The notes below the pieces were generated by a model. It saw only the letters and a program-made list of their open reading frames with translations, did not search any database and was not told where the DNA came from. A DNA stretch of 64,000 bases from an uncultured Dehalococcoidia bacterium. Lineage in GTDB: Bacteria; Chloroflexota; Dehalococcoidia; Tepidiformales; Tepidiformaceae. Below, piece after piece: positions 1 to 8,659 of this stretch. The position numbers and the translations under genes were made by a program. The stretch is from positions 28,340 to 92,339 of the forward strand of contig CALLPC010000025.1 of the NCBI GenBank assembly GCA_938015525.1, read 5' to 3'. Positions within the stretch are counted from its first letter, which is position 1, and the number at the start of each line of letters is the position of its first letter.

Positions 1-440
1 TCGCCACCCTCACCCTCTCCAACATCGCACTCCTCCGCCCCCCGGACGCCGGCGTCCTCCAAACCCGCGACCTCCCCGCCCAAACGGTCGCCCCGGGCGC
101 CTCCAACCTCCGCATCGAAGTGGCCGCCCCGCCCGGCTACCATCTCAACGCCCTCGCGCCCTCCACGCTCCAGCTTGCCTCCAGCAACCCCGCCGTCCTC
201 GAACTCGGCGAACACCGTCTCCAGTGGCAGTCCGATGCGCCGGCCGTCGCCTTCCCCGTCCCCATCATCCTCAACCCGGGCGAGGCCGCCCTCACCGCCC
301 ACCTCTCCGCGTACTACTGCCGCGAGGGACAGGAAGCCCTCTGCTTCATCGCCCGCATCGAATTCCGTCTCCCGCTCAGGGTCGAGCCCGGCGCCTCCGC
401 CGCCGAGGTCCGCCTCACCCTCCCCCTCCCCGAGCGCTGA
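1..440 (+). CDS. hypothetical protein, C-terminal fragment (5' end lies outside the window)
   Basis: Frame 3 is open from nt 3 to the TGA at 438-440. It shows the C-ending codon bias typical of + strand genes here. No catalytic motif is recognisable in the ~145 visible residues. Confidence 0.55.
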   Translation, partial: ATLTLSNIALLRPPDAGVLQTRDLPAQTVAPGASNLRIEVAAPPGYHLNALAPSTLQLASSNPAVLELGEHRLQWQSDAPAVAFPVPIILNPGEAALTAHLSAYYCREGQEALCFIARIEFRLPLRVEPGASAAEVRLTLPLPER

Positions 441-482
441 CCATCGCGTATCATCCCCGCATCCCCTCGGAGGAGACACCTC

Positions 483-734
483 ATGGCCGTCCGCGGCTAC
501 ATCCTCATCGAAACCGAAGTCGGCAAAGCCAAGTCCGTGAGCGCCGCTATCCAGCAGTTCAGCTACCCCGGCGCCCGCCTCGTCAATGTCGACACCGTCA
601 CCGGCCCATACGACGTCATCGCCCAGGTCGAAGCCGATGACCTCGACTCCCTCGGCAACGCCATCACCGAGGCTATCCAAAAAGTCAACGGCGTCCAGCG
701 CACTACCACCTGCCTCGCCGTTCGCCTCGCCTGA
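483..734 (+). CDS. Lrp/AsnC-family ligand-binding (RAM) domain protein, stand-alone, 83 aa
   Basis: MAVRGYILIETEVGKAKSV...VTGPYDVIAQVEADDLDSLG is the classic small AsnC-type ligand-binding fold signature. SD GGAGGAG lies 8 nt upstream of the ATG. Confidence 0.8.
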   Translation: MAVRGYILIETEVGKAKSVSAAIQQFSYPGARLVNVDTVTGPYDVIAQVEADDLDSLGNAITEAIQKVNGVQRTTTCLAVRLA

Positions 735-755
735 CCCCGCGCTCGCGCGCTTCGT

Positions 756-761
756 TACACT
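756..761 (+). promoter_or_regulatory. -10-like hexamer TACACT, 6 nt upstream of the moeA ATG (leaderless-type)
   Basis: TACACT-tggtcc-ATG read directly from the sequence. There is no SD between the hexamer and the start codon. Confidence 0.35.
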
Positions 762-767
762 TGGTCC

Positions 768-2051
768 ATGCTCCCCGTCACCAGCATGATCCCCGTCGAA
801 GAAGCGCGCGAGCGCATCCTCAGCTACGTCTCCCGCCTCGAGCCCGAGCGAAAACCCCTCCTCGACGCCCTCGGCCAGGTCCTCGCCGACGACGTCATCG
901 CACCCTTCGATGTCCCCCCGCTCGATAACACCGCCATGGACGGCTACGCCGTCCGGGCGGCCGACACCGCCGGTGCCACCGAAGCCGCCCCCGTCGAGCT
1001 CCGGGTCATCGCGGACCTCGCCGCCGGCTACGTCCTCGATACCCCGGTCGGGCCCGGCCAGGCCGTCCGCATCATGACCGGTGCCGCCGTTCCCCCGGGC
1101 GCCGACGCCATCGTCCCCTTCGAAGAGACCGACGAAGCCCTCCGCGGCATCAACGAAACGGCCCCCAAACCCGGCATCGTCCGCGTCCTCAAGGCCGCCA
1201 GCCCCGGCGCCAACATCCGCCGCCGCGGCGAAGACGTCCGCAGCGGCTCCACCGTCATCCCCGCCGGCCGCGTCATCCGCCCCTCCGAGGTCGGGGTCCT
1301 CGCCTCCATCGGCCTCACCCACGTGACTGTCACCCGGCGGCCCGTCGTCGCCATCCTCTCCACCGGCGACGAAATCACCCCGCCCGGTGAACCGCTCGAG
1401 CCGGGCCGCATCTACGACGCCAACGCCTACAGCATTGCCGCCCTCGTCCGCAAGTACGGCGGCATCCCCCGCATCCTCGGCATCGCCCGCGACACCGTCG
1501 AAGACCTCACCGCCAAAATTCGCCAGGGCCTCGATGCCGACATGCTCGTCACCTCCGCCGGCGTCTCCCGCGGCGACTTCGACGTCGTCAAAGACGTCCT
1601 CGCCCGCGAAGGCAACATCGACTTCTGGACCGTCCGCATGCGCCCCGGCAAACCCCTCGCCTTCGGCGCCTTCACCGCCCCCGACGGCCGCCGCGTCCCC
1701 CACCTTGGCCTCCCGGGCAACCCCGTAAGCTCCATGGTCGCCTTCGAACTCTTCGGCCGCCCCGCCGTCTTCACCATGCTCGGCCGCACCGACTGGGAAC
1801 GCCCTACCCTCCGCGCCATCTCCCGCGACCCCGTGAAGAACCCCGACGGCCGCCGCTTCTATGCCCGCTGCATCGTCACCCGAGGCGATGACGGCCGCTG
1901 GTACGCCCGGCTCACCGGCCCCCAGGGCTCCGGCATGCTCACCTCCATGAGCGCCGCCAACGCCCTCGCCGTCATCCCCGAGCACGTGCCGGCCGCCAAC
2001 CCCGGCGACGAAATCGAGTGCATCATGCTCGACTGGGAGCACGCCCCCTGA
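768..2051 (+). CDS. moeA: molybdopterin molybdenumtransferase MoeA
   Basis: 427 aa. N-terminus has the IPVEEARERIL...PPLDNTAMDGYAV pattern. Central part has ILSTGDE...PGRIYDANAY and LVTSAGVSRGDFD. All are typical MoeA/gephyrin-E motifs. Confidence 0.9.
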   Translation: MLPVTSMIPVEEARERILSYVSRLEPERKPLLDALGQVLADDVIAPFDVPPLDNTAMDGYAVRAADTAGATEAAPVELRVIADLAAGYVLDTPVGPGQAVRIMTGAAVPPGADAIVPFEETDEALRGINETAPKPGIVRVLKAASPGANIRRRGEDVRSGSTVIPAGRVIRPSEVGVLASIGLTHVTVTRRPVVAILSTGDEITPPGEPLEPGRIYDANAYSIAALVRKYGGIPRILGIARDTVEDLTAKIRQGLDADMLVTSAGVSRGDFDVVKDVLAREGNIDFWTVRMRPGKPLAFGAFTAPDGRRVPHLGLPGNPVSSMVAFELFGRPAVFTMLGRTDWERPTLRAISRDPVKNPDGRRFYARCIVTRGDDGRWYARLTGPQGSGMLTSMSAANALAVIPEHVPAANPGDEIECIMLDWEHAP

Positions 2052-2059
2052 CCGGCTGC

Positions 2060-3076
2060 CTACCGGCGCGCGAGCCGCTCCCCATACTGGCGCTCGAAAT
2101 ACCGCCCGAAATCTCCGCTCGCGGTCCGCGACCACCGTTCACCATGCTCCCGATACCACGCCACCGTCTCGGCCAGCCCTTCCCGGAACGGCACCCGCGG
2201 CTGCCATCCCCGTGCCCGCAGCCGTGAACTGTCGAGCGCATACCGCCGGTCGTGCCCCGGCCGGTCCGCAACCGGCGTGATGAGCTCCCGCGGCCGTTCC
2301 AGCAGCTCGCAAATCAGCTCCGCGGTCTCCCGGTTCCGCACCCGCTCCCCGCTCCCGATGTGCACCGCATGCACCCCCGGTTCCCCCGGCAGCTCCCGCA
2401 GCACCACCCGCAGCGCCTCCACGAAATCCCCAGCGTACAGCCACTCCCGCTCCTGCAGCCCATCGCCGTAGAGCGGCATCGGCTCCCCCGCCAGCGCCCG
2501 CATCGTGAACAGCGGGATGAACTTCTCCAGGTGCTGGTTCGGCCCGTAAACGTTGCAGCACCGCAGTACCGTCACCGCCATCCCGTACGTCTCCGCGTAC
2601 GCCCGCGCCATCAGCTCCGCCGCCGCCTTACTCGCCGCATACGGCGAGCTCGGCGCGAACGGCGCATCCTCGGCCGCTTCGCCCGGCGCCGGGATGCTCC
2701 CGAACACCTCGTCCGTCGACATATGCACGAACGCCACACCTGGACGCTCCCGCGCTGCCTCCAGCAGCGTCACCACCCCCTCCACATCCGTCCGGACGAA
2801 CACCCCCGGCTCCAGCAGTGAACGGTCGACGTGCGTCTCCGCCGCGAAATTCAGCACGAGGTCCGTCCCGTCCATCAGCTCCCGTACGAGCACCGGGTCA
2901 CAGATGTCCCCCTGCACGAAACGGTAGCGCGGGTGGCCTTCCGCCTCCGCGAGGTTCCCCGGGTTCGCCGCATACGTCAGCTTGTCGAGATTCGTCACCT
3001 CCCACCCGTCCGCCAGCAGCCCCCGCACCACGTGGCTCCCGATGAACCCGCACCCGCCCGTAACCAGCGCCCTCAT
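2060..3076 (-). CDS. rfbB: dTDP-glucose 4,6-dehydratase (NAD-dependent epimerase/dehydratase family)
   Basis: MRALVTGGCGFIGSH Rossmann motif. YAASKAAAE carries the YxxxK catalytic motif. Its ATG overlaps the stop of the upstream nucleotidyltransferase gene (ATGA). Confidence 0.9.
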   Translation of the reverse strand: MRALVTGGCGFIGSHVVRGLLADGWEVTNLDKLTYAANPGNLAEAEGHPRYRFVQGDICDPVLVRELMDGTDLVLNFAAETHVDRSLLEPGVFVRTDVEGVVTLLEAARERPGVAFVHMSTDEVFGSIPAPGEAAEDAPFAPSSPYAASKAAAELMARAYAETYGMAVTVLRCCNVYGPNQHLEKFIPLFTMRALAGEPMPLYGDGLQEREWLYAGDFVEALRVVLRELPGEPGVHAVHIGSGERVRNRETAELICELLERPRELITPVADRPGHDRRYALDSSRLRARGWQPRVPFREGLAETVAWYREHGERWSRTASGDFGRYFERQYGERLARR

Positions 3077-4131
3077 CCCTCCCGCTCCACCCGCGAATGG
3101 TCACCCAGCGTCAGCCTCGCCCCCGCCGGCGCCCCCGCCACCCGCACGTGCCGCCCCAGCATCGAATGCGCGATCCCCGGGCAGTCCTCCACCGCACTGT
3201 CGCTCATCACAATCGCGTCCTCCACCGCGCTCCGCACCACCCGCGACCGTTCACCGACAGCCGCGAAAGGCCCCACGCGGCTCTCCACGACCTCTGCCCC
3301 CGCCCCGATGACCGCCGGGCCGATGACCTCGCTCGCCACCACCCGGGCGCCCGCTTCTATCACCACCGCGCCTTCGACGCGGCTGTCCGCGACGACCGCC
3401 CCGGGCGCCACCTGCCGCTCCACCGTGCCCAGCAGCAGCCGGTTCGCCGCGAGGATGTCCTCCATCTTCCCCGTGTCGATCCACTCCCGGGGCGTTACCT
3501 CCACCTCGACCCGGCAGCCCCGCGCCAGCAAACCGTTGATCGCGTCCGCAATCTCCAGCTCCCCCCGCGCGCTTGGCCGCTGCCCCGCGATCACCTCGAA
3601 CACCACCGGCCGGAACGCATACACCCCGATGACGGCCAGGTTCGATGGCGGCTCCGCCGGCTTCTCGACCACCTCGGCCAGCCGCTCACCCTCCATCCGC
3701 GCCACCCCGAACGCCCGCGGGTCCTCCACCTCCCGCAGGATGACCGCCCCGTCCGCGCCGCTCTGGGCAAACCGCTCGACGAACCCGGCGATGCCACCCA
3801 TCAGCACGTTGTCCCCCAGGTAGAGCACGAAGGGCTCCTCCCCCACGAACTCCCGGCACACCAGCGCGCCGTGCGCGATGCCCAGCGGTGCCTCCTGCCG
3901 CACGTACGTGAACCGTACCCCGAACGCACTCCCATCGCCCATCGCCTCCCGCACCTGCGCCTCCGTGTCGCCTACCACGAGTGCAATCTCCCGCACCCCC
4001 GCCTCCGCCAGCTGCCGCACCGGAAAGTGCAGCACCGGCGTATTCGCAACCGGCACCAGCTGCTTCGCCCCCGAGTACGTGAACGGCCGGAGCCGGCTCC
4101 CTTTGCCGCCCGCCAGCACGATGCCCTTCAT
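3073..4131 (-). CDS. rfbA: glucose-1-phosphate thymidylyl/nucleotidyltransferase, long form with C-terminal left-handed beta-helix
   Basis: MKGIVLAGGKGSRLRPFTYSGAKQLVPV is the sugar-nucleotidyltransferase signature. The C-terminal third contains hexapeptide-like repeats. Confidence 0.85.
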   Translation of the reverse strand: MKGIVLAGGKGSRLRPFTYSGAKQLVPVANTPVLHFPVRQLAEAGVREIALVVGDTEAQVREAMGDGSAFGVRFTYVRQEAPLGIAHGALVCREFVGEEPFVLYLGDNVLMGGIAGFVERFAQSGADGAVILREVEDPRAFGVARMEGERLAEVVEKPAEPPSNLAVIGVYAFRPVVFEVIAGQRPSARGELEIADAINGLLARGCRVEVEVTPREWIDTGKMEDILAANRLLLGTVERQVAPGAVVADSRVEGAVVIEAGARVVASEVIGPAVIGAGAEVVESRVGPFAAVGERSRVVRSAVEDAIVMSDSAVEDCPGIAHSMLGRHVRVAGAPAGARLTLGDHSRVEREG

Positions 4132-4139
4132 CCCCGCGG

Positions 4140-4145
4140 ATTATA
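4140..4145 (-). promoter_or_regulatory. consensus -10 box TATAAT, 8 nt upstream of the rfbA ATG (leaderless-type)
   Basis: The reverse complement of attata at 4140-4145 is TATAAT. It is followed by ccgcgggg and then ATG (4131-4129). Confidence 0.5.
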
Positions 4146-4159
4146 GGCAGCTGTCCCCC

Positions 4160-4165
4160 TAAAAT
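4160..4165 (+). promoter_or_regulatory. -10-like hexamer TAAAAT, 6 nt upstream of the GT4 GTG start (leaderless-type)
   Basis: TAAAAT-cgcccg-GTG(4172) read from the sequence. It is an AT-rich hexamer in otherwise GC-rich DNA. Confidence 0.45.
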
Positions 4166-4171
4166 CGCCCG

Positions 4172-5272
4172 GTGCCGAACGTGATTCACGTGGCCCTGGA
4201 TGCCTCCAGCCTCCCCGCCCGCCCTGCCGGCGCCGGCGTCTACATGCTCGAGCTCGCTGCAGCACTCGCCGCCCGGCCCTCCCTCCGGGTCACTGCCTTC
4301 GCCCCCCGGCCCCTCCCGGGCTGCTCCCACCGGCCCCTGTCAGCCGGCTCCCCGGCCCGCCGCTTCGCCTGGCAGCTCCGCTCCCTCGGCCCTGCCGTCG
4401 CCGCATCCGGCGCTCACCTCCTCCACGGCCTCCACTTCTATACCCCCCGCCGCCTCCCGGTCCCCGTCGTTACCACCATCCACGACCTCACCTTCTTCCG
4501 CCTTCCCCGCCGGTACGGGCTCGCACACCGCTGGTACTATCGCCTCATCGCCCACACCGCCCGCTTCGCGGACCGCGTCATCGTCCCCTCCTCAGCCGTC
4601 GCGCACGATGCCGTCCGCTACCTCGGCCTCCACGCTGAGAGGCTCCGCGTCATCCCCGAGGCACCCCGCGCAGGTCTCCGCGCCGCCGACCCCGCCCGCG
4701 TCGCCGCCGCCCGGTCGAAATACCGCCTTGGCGATGCCCCCTACTTCCTCTGCCTCGGCACCGCCGAGCCCGGCAAGCGCGCCGTCGATGCCGTCCGCGC
4801 CCTCCCGGCCATCCGCGAGCGCCACCCCGCCGCCCTCCTCGCCCTCGCCGGGAACCCCGGCCCGCTCCTCCGCCCCCTCCAGCGCGAAGCCGCCCGTCTC
4901 GGCGTCGCCCATGCCGTTCGCTGGCTCGGCTACCTCCCCGATGCCGACCTCCCCGCCCTCCTCACCGGCGCGGCAGCCCTCATCTTCCCCTCCCTCTTCG
5001 AAGGTTTCGGCCTCCCCCCGCTCGAGGCGATGGCCTGCGGCACCCCTGTCATCGCCGCGGACACCCCCGCCATGTCCGAATACCTCGCCGGCGTCGCCCT
5101 TTTCGTCCCGCTCCGCGCACCCGAAGCCATCGCCGCCCAGGCCACGCGCCTGCTCGCCGACCCTCCCTTCCGGGCCGACCTCGCGCATCGTTCCCTCCAG
5201 CACGCGGCCCGCTTCTCCTGGGCCAGCGCCGCCGACCTCACCGAATCCGTCTACCGCGAGCTCCTCCCGTGA
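4172..5272 (+). CDS. glycosyltransferase family 4 (GT-B, GT1/GT4 type)
   Basis: C-terminal FPSLFEGFGLPPLEAMACGTPVIA is the EX7E-type GT4 motif. 366 aa. Confidence 0.85.
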   Translation: MPNVIHVALDASSLPARPAGAGVYMLELAAALAARPSLRVTAFAPRPLPGCSHRPLSAGSPARRFAWQLRSLGPAVAASGAHLLHGLHFYTPRRLPVPVVTTIHDLTFFRLPRRYGLAHRWYYRLIAHTARFADRVIVPSSAVAHDAVRYLGLHAERLRVIPEAPRAGLRAADPARVAAARSKYRLGDAPYFLCLGTAEPGKRAVDAVRALPAIRERHPAALLALAGNPGPLLRPLQREAARLGVAHAVRWLGYLPDADLPALLTGAAALIFPSLFEGFGLPPLEAMACGTPVIAADTPAMSEYLAGVALFVPLRAPEAIAAQATRLLADPPFRADLAHRSLQHAARFSWASAADLTESVYRELLP

Positions 5273-6159
5273 CCATCGGCGTTGTCATCGTCACCTTCCG
5301 CTGCCGCGACCTCGCCCTCGCCGCCCTCCGCTCAATCGAAGCGCACGCCCCATCCCTCCTCGCCGCAACCGTCGTCGTCGATAACGCCTCCTTCGATGGC
5401 ACCGTCGAAGCCATCCGCGAAGCCTTCCCTCCCGTCCGGGTCATCGAACACCGCCGCAACCTCGGCTTCGCCGCCGCCGCCAACCGCGGCATCGCCGCCC
5501 TCCCCGGCGCCGACGTCATCTGCCTCCTCAACCCCGATGCCGAGCTCCTCGATGACGGCATCTTTGCCGCCGCCCGCTACCTCCAGGACCACCCCGCCGT
5601 CGGCGTCCTCGGCGGCCGAATCCTCAACACGGATGGCACCATCCAGCCCTCCGCCCGCGCCTTCCCCTCCCACACCAACGCCCTCTTCAACCGCCACTCC
5701 CTCCTCACGAAGCTCTTCCCCAACAACCGCTGGTCCCGCCGCTACCTCATGACCGACTGGGACCACGACGACATCCGCCCCGTCGACTGGGTCTCCGGCG
5801 CCTTCATGCTCATCCACCGCCGCGCACTCGACGCCGCCGGGGCATTCGACCCCGCCTACTTCTTCTCCATCGAAGACGTCGATTTCTGCCGCCGCGTCCA
5901 CGCAGCCGGCCTCGAGGTCCGATACTTCCCCGCCGCCACCGTCCGGCACCGCGTCGGCGGCAGCTCACGCAAAGCCGTCTACCGCGCGATGGCCGGCCAC
6001 CACCGCGGCATGTGGCGCTACTACCGGAAGCATTTCCGCGGCAACCCGCCGCTCCACACCATCACTGCCGTCGGGATCGGCCTCCGCTTCGCCCTCCACG
6101 CCGTCTCCTACACCTTCCGCGCCACCCGTGCCCGCCTCCTCCGCCGTGAAACCCCCTGA
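5269..6159 (+). CDS. glycosyltransferase family 2
   Basis: VVIVTFRCRDLALAALRSIE...VVVDNASFDGT is a GT-A N-terminal signature. Its start overlaps the GT4 stop (GTGA). Confidence 0.85.
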   Translation: MTIGVVIVTFRCRDLALAALRSIEAHAPSLLAATVVVDNASFDGTVEAIREAFPPVRVIEHRRNLGFAAAANRGIAALPGADVICLLNPDAELLDDGIFAAARYLQDHPAVGVLGGRILNTDGTIQPSARAFPSHTNALFNRHSLLTKLFPNNRWSRRYLMTDWDHDDIRPVDWVSGAFMLIHRRALDAAGAFDPAYFFSIEDVDFCRRVHAAGLEVRYFPAATVRHRVGGSSRKAVYRAMAGHHRGMWRYYRKHFRGNPPLHTITAVGIGLRFALHAVSYTFRATRARLLRRETP

Positions 6160-6162
6160 CCA

Positions 6163-7539
6163 TTAAATCGGCGCACCACCCCGCGTCGTCGCCGCCGAGA
6201 GCCGCCCCAGCTCGGTGCTCGGCCCCGTGCCCTCCACGTACTCCCGCACGATCGCCCGCCACGGCCCCCGCGCCCGAAGGCTCCCGAACAGCCCCGCCAG
6301 CCCGAAGTTAATCCGCGTCAGGAACACCATCCCCTCCGGCACGTTGCAGTACCGGTTGATTTGCCCGCCCGTGCCCATCGTCATCGTGTTCCGCCGCACC
6401 ATCTCCGCCGCCAGCTCCGGCGTGTACTCCACCTCGTCCTCCAGGATCGGTGCCCAGTACCAGTGCATGTGCTCGTACAGTTCATCCGTCGTAAACGGCG
6501 CATTCGGCAGCAGGATACCGATCGCCTCTGTCGCCGCCCGCCACCCCTCCCGGTCCCCCCGGTCCAGCGCCCGGATCAGCCGTTTGAACCCCTCGATGAC
6601 GGCGCCGTCGAATTCCGCCACGCACCCGTAGTCCACGAACCCGACCCGCCCGTCCCGCAGGAGCAGGTAGTTGCCCGGGTGCGGGTCCCCGTTGAACAGC
6701 CCGTTCCGGTAGATGTTCCCGAAGCAGAACCGGTACAGCACCTCACCCAGCCGGTTCCGCTCCTCCTGCGGCAGCCGCACGGCCTCCCGGAACGGCCGTC
6801 CGTCCAGCCACTCCTGCACCAGCACCGTCTCCGTCGTCAGCTCGTGATACACCCGCGGCACCCGCACGAACCCGTGCCCCTCGAACAGGTCGAAGAACCG
6901 CTGCTGCCAGGCCGCCTCCCGCCGGTAGTCCAGCTCGCCCCGGATTCCCTCACCGAGGTCACGCACCAGCGTCCCCACATCCAGCCCCTTCGCGACCAGC
7001 CCGCCCATCCGCAGCACCAACGCCACGTTGGCCAGGTCCCGTTCGATCGCCTCCCGTACCCCGGGGTACTGCACCTTCACCGCCACCTTCGTCCCGTCGC
7101 GCAGCTCCGCCCGGTGCACCTGCCCGATCGACGCCGCCGCGAACGGCTCCCGCTCGAACCGCCGGAACACGCTCCCGGGCGAACGCCCGTACGCCGCCTC
7201 CAGCACCTCCTCCACCAGCTCGGACGCCATCGGCGGCGCATTCGCCTGCAGCGTCGCCAGCCCCTCCGCCAACTCCGCGGGAATCACCCCGCCCATCAGC
7301 GAGAGCACCTGCCCCACCTTCATCGCCGCACCCTTCATCTCCCCCATCGCTCGCGCCGCGTCCTCCGCCGTCCGCAGCACCGCCTCCTTCCGCTTCTCCC
7401 GTCGCCGCTCCCCCCAATATTGCAACGTGCCAAGCCATCGCAGAGCAGCCCTCCCGGCCAGCCGCACCGGCACCGCTGTCCGCGCCAGCCGGCCTGTCCG
7501 CATCGCCGAGGTCCGCGCTCGCCGCTCCATGCTCCTCAC
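6163..7539 (-). CDS. ABC1/UbiB (AarF) atypical kinase family protein
   Basis: FAAASIGQVHRAELRDGTKVAVKVQYPGV is the ABC1 signature. The start is ambiguous (GTG at 7539 or ATG at 7530). Confidence 0.85.
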   Translation of the reverse strand: MRSMERRARTSAMRTGRLARTAVPVRLAGRAALRWLGTLQYWGERRREKRKEAVLRTAEDAARAMGEMKGAAMKVGQVLSLMGGVIPAELAEGLATLQANAPPMASELVEEVLEAAYGRSPGSVFRRFEREPFAAASIGQVHRAELRDGTKVAVKVQYPGVREAIERDLANVALVLRMGGLVAKGLDVGTLVRDLGEGIRGELDYRREAAWQQRFFDLFEGHGFVRVPRVYHELTTETVLVQEWLDGRPFREAVRLPQEERNRLGEVLYRFCFGNIYRNGLFNGDPHPGNYLLLRDGRVGFVDYGCVAEFDGAVIEGFKRLIRALDRGDREGWRAATEAIGILLPNAPFTTDELYEHMHWYWAPILEDEVEYTPELAAEMVRRNTMTMGTGGQINRYCNVPEGMVFLTRINFGLAGLFGSLRARGPWRAIVREYVEGTGPSTELGRLSAATTRGGAPI

Positions 7540-7680
7540 CCGGGTCCCTGCCGCCCGCGCCCGGCCGAACCGCCCTGCGCTGGCTCCCCCTAGCGTCGCC
7601 GCTCCCGGCCCCCAACCGCAACCCTTCCGTTCGCGTAGCCCCGCCTCCGCAAAAATTCAGGAAAAACCCGGGCTGTCCAT

Positions 7681-7703
7681 CTATGCAGACTATCGATGCA
7701 TAG
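7681..7703. promoter_or_regulatory. perfect 7-bp inverted repeat CTATGCA-N9-TGCATAG (candidate operator)
   Basis: Arms lie at 7681-7687 and 7697-7703, inside the most AT-rich island of this region. The right arm contains the ATG at 7696. Confidence 0.35.
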
Positions 7704-7929
7704 CCGATACTTCTGGTACGAGGAGACTACCGTGGCTGGAATCTTCTACGACCCGCACACCCGCCGCCTCCACGCCGTCACCGGCCACCCCGACCTGGCC
7801 TGGACGCTCGTCACCCACAACGTCCACGCAAGCGTCCACCACTGCCGCCGCATCATGAGCGAGTGGCTCAGCCCGGACGAACTCTGGAAGGTCGACTGGC
7901 GCATCCACCGGCATCCCTTCTCCGCCTGA
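7696..7929 (+). CDS. small His/Trp-rich hypothetical protein (77 aa; alternative GTG start at 7732 gives 65 aa)
   Basis: The ORF has C-ending codon bias. SD AGGAG (7721-7725) lies 6 nt before the GTG at 7732. I hand-counted 10 His and 5 Trp in 77 aa. No family is recognised. Confidence 0.45.
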   Translation: MHSRYFWYEETTVAGIFYDPHTRRLHAVTGHPDLAWTLVTHNVHASVHHCRRIMSEWLSPDELWKVDWRIHRHPFSA

Positions 7930-7935
7930 GCGCGC

Positions 7936-7941
7936 TACCAT
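7936..7941 (+). promoter_or_regulatory. -10-like hexamer TACCAT, 7 nt upstream of GTG 7949 (leaderless-type)
   Basis: TACCAT-cggtctc-GTG read from the sequence. Confidence 0.35.
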
Positions 7942-7948
7942 CGGTCTC

Positions 7949-8659
7949 GTGACCGACTCCCTCGCGGCGGCGCTCTCCGCACTCGACGCTGCCCCCCGCC
8001 CGTACGCCCGCCGCTTCGACAGCCCCGAGCCGCTCGCCGGCCCCGTCGCCTTCCTCCCTTCCGCCTTCAACCCGCCCACCCTGGCGCATCTCCGCCTCCT
8101 CCACCGCGCAGCCGAGGCTGCCAGCGCCCACCCCGCCGCCCTCCTCACCACCCGCAACGTCGACAAGGACGTCACCGGTGCACCGCTCGCCGCCCGCCTC
8201 GAAATGCTCCTCGCTGCCCGCCGCGACGGCCACGAGGTCGCTGTCCTCGCCGCCAACGCCGCCCGCATCATCGACCAGGTCGCGGCCCTCGAAACCGCCT
8301 TCCCCGCTGCCGACCCCACGCCTGTCGTCGGCTTCGATACCCTCGTCCGGCTCTTCGACCCCCGCTACTACACCCACATGGCCGCCGAGCTCGACCCCTT
8401 CTTCGAACGCCGCCGCATCATCGCCGCCAACCGCGGCCCGCACGCCCTCGAGGCCGTCGCCGAGTGGCTCCACGCCAACGCCCGCGACTACGCCGACCGC
8501 GTCATCCTCGTCGAACTCGACCCCCAGTCAGCCGCCATCTCCTCCACCCGCGCCCGGGAACTCGCCGCCGCCGGCGTCCTCCCCGACGTCGTCCCCCCAT
8601 CCGTCCGCGCTATCCTTGCCCAGCGCCGCTACTACGCCCCGGGCCCCGGGCTCACGTAA
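7949..8659 (+). CDS. NadD-like nucleotidyltransferase (cytidylyltransferase superfamily) with degenerate HxGH motif
   Basis: FLPSAFNPPTLAH sits at the (T/H)xGH position, and a C-terminal ISSTRAR matches the ISSTxxR motif of NadD/NMNAT enzymes. Confidence 0.6.
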   Translation: MTDSLAAALSALDAAPRPYARRFDSPEPLAGPVAFLPSAFNPPTLAHLRLLHRAAEAASAHPAALLTTRNVDKDVTGAPLAARLEMLLAARRDGHEVAVLAANAARIIDQVAALETAFPAADPTPVVGFDTLVRLFDPRYYTHMAAELDPFFERRRIIAANRGPHALEAVAEWLHANARDYADRVILVELDPQSAAISSTRARELAAAGVLPDVVPPSVRAILAQRRYYAPGPGLT

